A stretch of DNA of 29,567 nt from Macrostomum lignano (lineage: Eukaryota), in contig NIVC01004135.1 in NCBI GenBank assembly GCA_002269645.1, positions 1 through 29,567 on the forward strand, written 5' to 3'. Each line of letters starts with the position of its first letter. Position 1 is the first letter of the stretch. Positions 1 through 10,100 of this stretch are shown piece by piece. The position numbers were made by a program, and so were the translations under genes. The notes beneath the pieces were generated by a model. It had not been told where the DNA came from. It searched no databases and worked only from the letters and a program-made list of their open reading frames with translations.

Positions 1-34
1 ATTGAGCAAAACATGAATTATAATTTTTAACAAC

Positions 35-460
35 GGCAACCCCAATCGCTGATGCCAGCTCCCGATGCATTCTTGGAAGCTCTCCGTCGAGATGCCTCGT
101 AAGACTCATCATTCTCGACTGTCGCATTGTTCTTTATGTCTTCCAGTTCTTCAAATCGTGATTCTTTGAGAGGTTGCTTTACCTTTGGAAAGAGCCAGAA
201 ATCGCACGGGGCCGTATCTGGCAAATAAGGTAGTTTTTTGCGACTTATATTTCAGCCAAAAACTGTTACAGTGAAAGTGCTTTGTGCGCCGATGGGTTTT
301 CGTGATGCAGCAACCAGGCATTGTTTCTCCTACTGTTCACGTCGAACCCACTGCATCCTCAGCATCAACCTCTCTCTCGAACTTCACGATAAAATTTCCG
401 ATTCACGGTTTGCTCCTGTGGCCACAAACTTGCGATGGAGATGCACAAAGCCACGTAAAT
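35..460 (-). mobile_element. Decayed mariner (Tc1/mariner DD34D-type) transposase remnant, C-terminal catalytic region
   Basis: The minus strand, read across frameshifts and stops, gives HRKFV-PQEQTVNRKFYREV (about 437-380), NAWLLHHENPSAHKALSL*QFLAE (about 320-250), PYLPDTAPCDFWLFPKVKQPLKESRFEELEDIK (about 230-130) and STESFQECIGSW. These match the mariner motifs HHEFVPxGQTVN, WLLHHDNAPAH and PYSPDLAPCDFWLFPKLK. The second catalytic Asp is mutated to Glu. No terminal inverted repeats were identified. Confidence 0.88.
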
Positions 461-636
461 ACAATTCTCGTCACCTTTTCTCTCAAAATTCTGGATGAAC
501 TGTGAGCGCATCCCAAACAAAACCCATGCTTGCTTTATGCTGAGTTCGAAAATCAGCCTCCAGTGAAAATTGCACGATTCGCGAGTGCAGCGTTATTTTG
601 CTTCAGTTTGCCATGATACTTCATGATAGTTCTTCA

Positions 637-905
637 GGGGTTGTAGCTTATCGGTTAGAGCGTCGGGCTCACGACCGTAAGGTCGGGGGTTCGATTCTCG
701 ATTCACTTGGAACAGTTTTTGTCCTGAGCAAGACACTTAACTCTGCATTGCTTCAGTTCACGCAGCTGTAAAATGGGTGCCAGCATTGGCTGGGGTAATT
801 GAGGCTGTGTGTGGCGACCCTCCCCCCCCCCCCCCCCAGTCCTTGGACTGAACAGCCGTACGCAGCCTTCAGATGCGCCGCGCAATAGCTGCAGCTGAGC
901 TGTCG
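637..905 (+). mobile_element. tRNA-derived SINE with CORE-like central domain, copy 1 (lacks the 3' tail)
   Basis: A-box TAGCTTATCGG (644-654), B-box GGTTCGATTC (688-697), CORE-like block GAGCAAGACACTTAAC...CTTCAGTT...CTGTAAAATGGG (about 720-777) and an internal poly-C. Co-linear with the copy at 20686-20945. Confidence 0.85.
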
Positions 906-1103
906 AATCGAATTTGAGGGACATTTTACTCGTCATTTATTTTCCTGACAGAATTTTGGCTGACCTCGTACTCGAACTTTTTTATTCGAATTTAGTTGTT
1001 TGAAAGGACGGAGGGTCAATCCCTATTAAGCATGGCCGCATAGCTTATCTTAAACGAGCAATATTTTTAGTCATTTACATAACCCCTTTATTCATTCATT
1101 CAG

Positions 1104-1191
1104 CGAAAGCAAGAAGAGATCTCTATGAAAGACGACGATATGCTAATTCTGATGAAGAGTCACGAAGAATCCGTTAAAAAGCTGTTCAATG
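1104..1191 (+). CDS. Golgin exon 1 (in window): RKQEEISMKDDDMLILMKSHEESVKKLFN
   Basis: Acceptor ttcattcattcag at 1103 and donor G|GTGAGT at 1192. The phase-1 G plus AG of exon 2 gives GAG (Glu) in frame. In-frame ATG at 1125. Confidence 0.75.
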
Positions 1192-4100
1192 GTGAGTGCC
1201 CGTGTTTAAAAAAGCAGAAATGCAATCAGTTTCTTCTATGTATATAATATGATCACTTAAATATGATATTGTCAGAGGCCAGCAAGCAAAATGTTGACAC
1301 AATATTCGAATTGCAACTGCGCGACTGCCAAGAGGCTCTTCGACAGAAAATTGAACGACTTAAAGAGGCGGAAGCTCAGCTGTTGGAGCAGCAGAGTCAA
1401 CTGGCTGAGAGAGACTTTGCTGTCAAAGAGCTCAAGAATGAGCTGAACAATTTAAGGGTAAATATGCTACTATTAACAGATTTTAAGGCAGATGCAGGGC
1501 TTCACTGAAGAGTGAGCAGGTAGATGCAGGGCTTCACTGAAGAGTGAGCAGGTAGATGCAGGGCTTCACTGAAGAGTGAGCAGGTAGATTTAGTGCTTCA
1601 CTGAAGAGTAAGCAGGTAGATGCAGGGCTTCACTGAAGAGTGAGCAGGTAGATGCAGGGCTTCACTGAAGAGTGAGCAGGTAGATGCAGGGCTTCACTGA
1701 AGAATGAGTGGGTAGATGCAGTGCTTCACTGAAGAGTGAGCAGGTAGATGCAGGGCTTCACTGAAGAGTGAGCAGGTAGATGCAGGGCTTCACTGAAGAG
1801 TGAGCAGGTAGATGCAGGGCTTCACTGAAGAATGAGTGGGTAGATGCAGTGCTTCAATGTTAAATTATTTGAAAAAAAATTACGTATTTTTCTGTTGTAT
1901 TCCAGAAATCCGAAGCTGCAGCATCTTCCGGAGCCGCTGAGGCGCTGGCAGCAGCGGACGAGGCGGCCCGCAAGGAGCTGCAGGCGGAGCGCAAGCGGCA
2001 TCTGACCGCCAAAGCGAAGGTCAAATCGTTGGAAAAACAATTGGCTAAAGTTAAGGAGGAGCAGGCTGAGGTAAGTCAGTGTTATTCTGCCGATGTGATG
2101 ATCACAATGATTAGATTGTTGTGTTCTGAATACAGCTTATATTGTTAATTGTTCTACCAGGCCGCTAGCCAATGGGCTCGCGAGGCGGACGAGCTTCGAT
2201 CTAAGGCGGTCCAGTTGGAGACGGAGCGCAGCAGCCTGGAGCAGCGCCTCGCGCAGCTGCAGGCTGACGCAGACGCCGTTTCCGCTGCCGCCGTGGCGCC
2301 AAAGCCGGCGGAAGATCTGCGCGTCGAATTGCAAGCGGAAAAGAAGAAGCATTTATCAACTAAGGCTCGAGTGAAATCATTAGAGAAGCAGTTGAAAGCT
2401 TTGGATGCTCAGTTGCAGCAACAGCAAACAAAGGCGGGGGCAACACGGGTGAGTGTTTGTAGTATTTGGTGCTGAACTTCATGCAGTTGAACAAATTAAA
2501 ATCAAACAATTGGATTTTCCCGATCAAGTGGATCCGGCTGAAAAAATCGATAAGAACACTTTAATAACTATTAGGCGGTGGTTATTTAATAAGTAAAGAT
2601 ACTCGTATTTTCAAACATTGTCATACTGAACATTTAGCATTGGTATTTAATGCATCCTTAAACCCCAAACTGGTTTGAAGTAAATGAGTATACTCGAATG
2701 CGTTGACTATTGTCAATCTGATGCAAATCTCTATTGCAGGACACTGGTTCCGAAAGCAGCCCCGAGCATCCGATAGAAACCAGCGAAGTGCAACAATCGG
2801 CTTCGAGTGGCGGACGCAGAGAAGATGCAGACGTTAGCGGACAGTTGTTGAGAGAGAAAACTGAAGAGCTAGTCAAGCTGCAAGACGCTTACTCGCAAAT
2901 TTCTGCATCTTCGCTGTCTCTACAAAAGAAATATGATGAGCTCAAACAACTACATGAACGGCTAGAATCGGAGAATATACGATTAACTGAGCAAAACTCT
3001 GCTATGATTGAGCGCGTCAAATCAGCTGATAGTCGAATTGCTGAACTGACAGAATCTGTCGAACAGCTTGGCTCAGAAAATTCTTTGTTGCGGGAGCAAG
3101 CAGCCCAATTGAGCGATAGCGTCAAGGCTGCACAATCCAGCACCCATGAGCAAGTAGGAACGCTCAACTCTGAAAAGCTTCAACTAGCTGAGCAGAATGC
3201 TCGATTGAATGAGCAAATACAAAGCTTGGAATCTGAATGCGCAAATTTCAAACAAGTTATCGAACAGCTGGAGTCAGAAAAACAATCCATGTCTGCGCGT
3301 AACTTAGAAATTGCAGAAAGGTTGACCGCGAATGAAGCGCTTGTTGACGAATTAAACCAAATGTCGGCTAAAGTAGACACCGAAAGGTCAGCGCTTTCTG
3401 TAGAGGTTACAAGGCTAAATGATGAGCTAGCGCAATCGAAATCCGGCTTTCAGGATTTGAAACAACAATTTGAAGACTTGCAATCGGAGAAGCAGCTTCT
3501 TTTTGAACATAAAGACAGCTTGCAGTCACAGAAGTCTCAATTAGAAGTCCAAGTTGCAGATCTCAATGAAAAGCTGAGCTTTAGTGAATCTAACTTCAGC
3601 GAGCTGAAACAACAGATTGACGGCTTGCAATCAGAGAAATCTCAGTATGCTGATCAAGTTGCAGATCTCACTGAGAAGCTGAGCGTCAGTGAGGCCAACT
3701 TCAGCGAGCTTAAACAACAGATTGACGGCTTGCAATCGGAAAAGTCTCAGTATGCTGATCAAGTTGCAGACCTAACTGAGAAACTTAGCGTTAGTGAGGC
3801 TAACTTCAGTGAGCTTAAACAACAGATTGACGGCTTGCAATCGGAAAAGTCTCAGTATGCTGATCAAGTTGCAGATCTCACTAAGAAGCTGAGCGTCAGT
3901 GAGGCCAACTTCGGCGAGCTTAAACAACAGATTGACGGCTTGCAATCGGAGAAATCTCAGTATGCTGATCAAGTTGCAGATCTCACTGAGAAGCTGAGCG
4001 TCAGTGAGGCCAACTTCAGCGAGCTGAAACAACAGATTGACGGCTTGCAATCGGAAAAGTCTCAGTATGCTGATCAAGTTGCAGATCTCACTGAGAAGCT

Positions 4101-7100
4101 GAGCGTCAGTGAGGCTAACTTCGGCGAGCTTAAACAACAGATTGACGGCTTGCAATCGGAAAAGTCTCAGTATGCTGATCAAGTTGCAGATCTCACTGAG
4201 AAGCTGAGCGTCAGTGAGGCTAACTTCGGCGAGCTTAAACAACAGATTGACGGCTTGCAATCGGAAAAGTCTCAGTATGCTGATCAAGTTGCAGATCTCA
4301 CTGAGAAGCTGAGCGTCAGTGAGGCTAACTTCGGCGAGCTTAAACAACAGATTGACGGCTTGCAATCGGAGAAGTCTCAGTATGCTGATCAAGTTGCAGA
4401 TCTCACTGAGAAGCTGAGCGTCAGTGAGGCTAACTTCGGCGAGCTTAAACAACAGATTGACGGCTTGCAATCGGAGAAGTCTCAGTATGCTGATCAAGTT
4501 GCAGATCTCACTGAGAAGCTGAGCGTCAGTGAGGCTAACTTCGGCGAGCTTAAACAACAGATTGACGGCTTGCAATCGGAGAAGTCTCAGTATGCTGATC
4601 AAGTTGCAGATCTCACTGAGAAGCTGAGCGTCAGTGAGGCTAACTTCAGCGAGCTTAAACAACAATTAGACAGTCTGCAAGCGGAGAAGTCCCAGCTGGA
4701 AGACCAAGCAGCAGACATCACTGAGAAGCTGGGAATTAGTGAGTCTCACTCCAGTGAGCTGAAGCAACAGATTGAAGGTTTGCAGTCGGAGAAGTCTCAG
4801 TATGCTGATCAAGTCGCAGACCTCACTGAGAAGCTGAGTGTCGGAGACTCGAAGTCAAGTGATTTGAAGCAACAGGTTGACAGCTTACTGTCCGAGAAGT
4901 CCCAATTAGAAGAGCAAGTCTCAGGCCTCACTGAGAAGCTGACCGCTAGCCAGTCTAACTCCAGTGAGCTGAAGAAACAGATTGACAGCTTGCAGTCGGA
5001 GAATTTGCAATTAGAAGGCCACGCCGCGCACCTAAATGAAAAGCTCTCAGTCAGTGAATCGAACTCCAATGAACTAAAGCTACAGATCGATACCTTACGG
5101 TCTGAAAAATCCTCAATAGTTGAACAATGTACTGACTTAAGTGAGAAGTTAAAAGCCCATGAATTAACTTCTAGTGATTTTAAGCATCAAAAAGACAGTT
5201 TGTCTGCCGAAAATTCTCAGTTGGCCGACCAAATTACAGTTCTCACCGAAAAGCTGAAAAGCAGCGACTCAAACTCAACTGAACTTAAACAGCATATAGA
5301 TCTTTTGTCGAAAGAAAAAGATCAATTCGCAAATGAAGTTGCTGATCTTACTGAAAAGTTGCGAAATAATGAGTTGAACTCTGAAGGGCTTAAAAAACAG
5401 ATTGAAAGCTTTCAGTCGGAAAAATCCCAACTCACGGACAACATTATAGAACTTAATGAGAAATTGAGAGTTAGCGAGTTAAGCCTGAGCGATATTAAGC
5501 AGATTTCCGATAGTCTGTCTTCTGAAAAAGCTGCGTTAACTGAACAAGTCGCTGATCTCAACAAAAAGATAAGTGAAAGTGAATTAAGTTCAAAGAAAAT
5601 GAAGCTGCAAATCGATACTTTACAGTCAGAGAATTCACAGTTCGTTAACCAAATTGCTGACTTCAGAGAAAAGCTGCAAGTTCACGAATCGACTACCATG
5701 GACTTTAAAAATCAGATTGACGATTTGTCGTCGGAAAAATCTTTGCTGGCTAACCAAGTTGAAGCACTCACGAATAATGTGAACACCACCGAATCCAACT
5801 GTAGTGAACTAAAGCTGCAAGTCGAAAATTTGTTGACTGAAAAATCTGAATTAGAAGACCAAGTTGCACATTTAACTGAAAAGTTAAGAGTCAATGAGTC
5901 AGCATCAAGTGAAGTTACTGAACAGGTCGATATTTTATCAACAGAAAAGTCTAGACTTACTGACCAAGTCACAGAACTCAACAGTAAGCTAGAAGTGTAC
6001 GAGTCAACCATGAACGAGCTGAAGCTGCAAATAGACAGTTTGCAGTCGGAGAAGTCACAACTCGTTGAGCAAGTCAGAGAGCTCGATGAGAAGCTACAGG
6101 CGAGTGAGTCGAACTCGAGCGAGATGAAACTTCAGTTGGACAGTTTTCAGTCGGAGAAGTCGCGACTCGTTGATCAAGTCAGAGAGCTCGATGAGAAGCT
6201 ACAGGCGAGTGAGTCGAACTCGAGCGAGATGAAACTTCAGTTGGACAGTTTTCAGTCGGAGAAGTCGCAACTCGTTGATCGAGTCAGAGAGCTCGATGAG
6301 AAGCTACAGGCAAGTGAGTCGAATTCGAGCGAGATGAAACTTCAGTTGGACAGTTTGCAGTCGGAGAAGTCGCAATTATCTGAGCAAGTCAGAGAGCTCG
6401 ATGAGAAGCTACAGGCGAGTGAGTCGAACTCGAGCGAGATGAAACTTCAGTTGGACAGTTTTCAGTCGGAGAAGTCGCAACTCGTTGATCAAGTCAGAGA
6501 GCTCGATGAGAAGCTACAGGCGAGTGAGTCGAACTCGAGCGAGATGAAACTTCAGTTGGACAGTTTGCAGTCGGAGAAGTCGCAACTCGTTGATCAAGTC
6601 AGAGAGCTCGATGAGAAGCTGCAGGCAAGTGAGTCGAATTCGAGCGAGATGAAACTTCAGTTGGACAGTTTGCAGTCGGAGAAGTCGCAACTCGTTGATC
6701 AAGTCAGAGAGCTCGATGAGAAGCTACAGGCGAGTGAGTCGAACTCGAGCGAGATGAAACTTCAGTTGGACAGTTTGCAGTCGGAGAAGTCGCAACTCGT
6801 TGATCAAGTCAGAGAGCTCGATGAGAAGCTACAGGCGAGTGAGTCGAACTCGAGCGAGATGAAACTTCAGTTGGACAGTTTTCAGTCGGAGAAGTCGCAA
6901 CTCGTTGATCAAGTCAGAGAGCTCGATGAGAAGCTACAGGCGAGTGAGTCGAACTCGAGCGAGATGAAACTTCAGTTGGACAGTTTGCAGTCGGAGAAGT
7001 CGCAACTCGTTGATCAAGTCAGAGAGCTCGATGAGAAGCTACAGGCGAGTGAGTCGAACTCGAGCGAGATGAAACTTCAGTTGGACAGTTTGCAGTCGGA

Positions 7101-10100
7101 GAAGTCGCAACTCGTTGATCAAGTCAGAGAGCTCGATGAGAAGCTACATGCGAGTGAGTCGAACTCGAGCGAGATGAAACTTCAGTTGGACAGTTTGCAG
7201 TCGGAGAAGTCGCAACTCGTTGATCAAGTCAGAGAGCTCGATGAGAAGCTACAGGCGAGTGAGTCGAACTCGAGCGAGATGAAACTTCAGTTGGACAGTT
7301 TGCAGTCGGAGAAGTCGCAACTCGTTGATCAAGTCAGAGAGCTCGATGAGAAGCTACAGGCGAGTGAGTCGAACTCGAGCGAGATGAAACTTCAGTTGGA
7401 CAGTTTGCAGTCGGAGAAGTCGCAACTCGTTGATCAAGTCAGAGAGCTCGATGAGAAGCTACAGGCGAGTGAGTCGAACTCGAGCGAGATGAAACTTCAG
7501 TTGGACAGTTTGCAGTCGGAGAAGTCGCAACTCGTTGATCAAGTCAGAGAGCTCGATGAGAAGCTACAGGCGAGTGAGTCGAACTCGAGCGAGATGAAAC
7601 TTCAGTTGGACAGTTTGCAGTCGGAGAAGTCGCAATTTGTTGAACAGGTTGCACAACTCACCGAAAAGCTTAGCGTCGTTGAGATAGAGAAGGTTGAGGA
7701 AATCAGCCGTCTTAAGCTTAGTTCTGATGACTTGATGCTACAGTTAAATAATTTGCGGTCTTCTTCAGATGCATCTGTTCAAGAATTAGCGGCCAGATTG
7801 GAACAGTCTAGCAAAATGGAGCAAGAGCTCAAATCTAGCCAGAAAGAAGTCTTAAGTTTGAAGGAACAGCTTCAAGTATCAGCCGAGCAGATCAACACTC
7901 TTACACAGGAAAAGTCCGATTTGATGGAGGATGCGATGGAAGCTAAGCGAGTTTTGGAAGAGGCATCTGATCGCATTGAAGATCTTGAATCAACGGAAGA
8001 AAAGTGTGCTGCGTTAGAGCGAACTGTCGAAACTCTACAAGTCTCACTTACTACTTCTGAGAATGAATGCCAGAGTCTTCGAACACTGTTGCAGACAGTT
8101 AGCGACTCAAAGGGCGATTGTGAAATGCAAATCTGGGAACTAGAGGAAACTAAGAAGTCTCTAATTACTCAGCTTTCCCAGGCAGATGCTGAAAGCCGGG
8201 AACTGTCTGAGAAACTTCAAAAGTCTGTGGTTGATCAAATCGGCATACAATCTGAGCAAGCTCACTTGCATAACCAACTAGATACTAGCGAGCGCAAACA
8301 ACAAAAACAAGCTGAAGAGATAGAACAGCTTAGAAAAAATTTAGACGAAGTAACTGATCAGCTGGCTAACGTCATCCAACAGCGGGATCGAATTCAGTCC
8401 CTGCGCAGTGAAGAAGTAGAAGCTTTGAAAGCTGAATGCAAAAGCTTGGACAAGCAGCTTTATGAGAGGAATCACGAAGTTGAAAGCATTAAAGCTACAC
8501 TGCAGAAGTTGAACCAGCAAGTCGAAATCATTGATGATCTAAGTCAACAAACTGTTTCGCTTCAAAGTCAACTTGTTGAAGCCCAAGATTCAATAGCTGA
8601 ACTTAGCGAAGAGAATTCCAAGCTACGAGATCGATTACAAGCTTCTTTTGCGGAGAATTCCGATCTTAAAGAGTCGCTAAATTCCGTTACTTGTCAAGCT
8701 GATGAGTGGCATTCATCTTTGAGCAGCAGTCAGCGCGAGCTAGAGAGTTTGCAGAAAACGCTTGCTTATGCTGAATCAGAGTTTGCTGAAGCGCGGCAAG
8801 AGAATACAGGGTTTCAAGAAAAAATCACCCGAACTATGGAAGAAATGCGAGGGCTAAAAGAAAAGTGTGCTAGACAAGAAGAACAACTGCAGCGTATGGA
8901 AGATGAAAACGCAAGTATGTCAGTGCAGTGTGCTAATCAGAAGAAGAATTGTCTGGAACTCGAGTCTCAGCTTGAATCAGCAAATGCCGAGCTTAAAGCT
9001 CTTCAAAAAGAACACTCTGCTTTAGAATCTTATAGTGATGAGATTTCTGCAAAGTTTAAAGAGAATCAAGAACAGCTAGAACAGCTGGATGATCAACTAG
9101 ACCGATTGACGGCTGAAAAGCAATCGATGCTTCAAAATTACAAGCTTCTACAGGAAGAGAATCAATCGTTACACAGCCTTATTGACTCTCTTAAGTCGAG
9201 CAATAGTGAATTCCAAGACAGACTCGACTCATCCTTAGGCGATGTCAAGTCTTTGTCTGACAGTGTTAATGAGCTGAAGCAGAATGAAGACAAGTTGCAG
9301 GATGATCAGCGCAAATTAATTGCTACTAATGAGCAGCTAGAAGTCAAAATTTCTGGCTTAGAAGATGACAACTCCCAACTTAGGCAAGTAGTCAGCGATT
9401 TAAAAGCAATGGTTGAAGAAGTGGAGACAAAACTCGCAGAGAAATCCATGGAAGCAAGCAACTATCAATCGGCCCAACAGCAAATGCAAGCCAATGTCGA
9501 ACAACTGCGTGCCGATCTCCATAACAAAGACGAGATGATTTCGAAGGTAAGTTCAACAGCTTCTTTGAATTCAAATCTATTGGCTCGCGTAACTGACTCC
9601 GTATCAAGTTTACGAAGTTCTGTTGCTCAGCTGTGTGCCGAAACGAATTTAAATCTATCAGTGGAAACTACCGAAACGTCATTAGAAGGCACTGTTGAAA
9701 GCATTGCTCAGTTTATATCCTCATCTTCTAGTGCTTTAAGACATTTAGAAAGTCAGTTTACGAGCCAGAAGCTTCAACTTGAACAAGTAACCCGTGATTT
9801 GAATGAAATTTCCAAAGAAAAAAATGAATTAGAATCACTGCTAGAGGTCAGTCAAAAATCACTTGCGGCAAGTGAAAACCAAGTTAAAGAAATAACCGCT
9901 AATTATGAAAAGACGCATAACAGACTGGAAACGATGAAGCAAAAAATGAACAAAATCTGTCAAACTATATCTGATCAAGAAAGCACCAATCAGCAAATAT
10001 CCTCTCAAAATGATCAGTTGCAACAAACTATCATGAATCTTAAAGAACAACTTAAAATGCAAAAACAACAAGCTCGTGATGAGGCAGCAGCTAAAATATC

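Noticed and set aside
238-505. Plus-strand ORFs 238..498 and 284..505
   Set aside because: They lie antisense to the mariner remnant and have no recognisable protein features.
637-715. Functional tRNA gene (loop CTCACGA); likewise 20686-20755
   Set aside because: The anticodon and acceptor stems do not pair, there is no Pol III terminator after the head, and both continue into a shared SINE body.
1490-1856. 32-nt repeat as a CRISPR array
   Set aside because: Units are directly adjacent with no unique spacers, there are no cas genes, and it lies in a eukaryotic intron.
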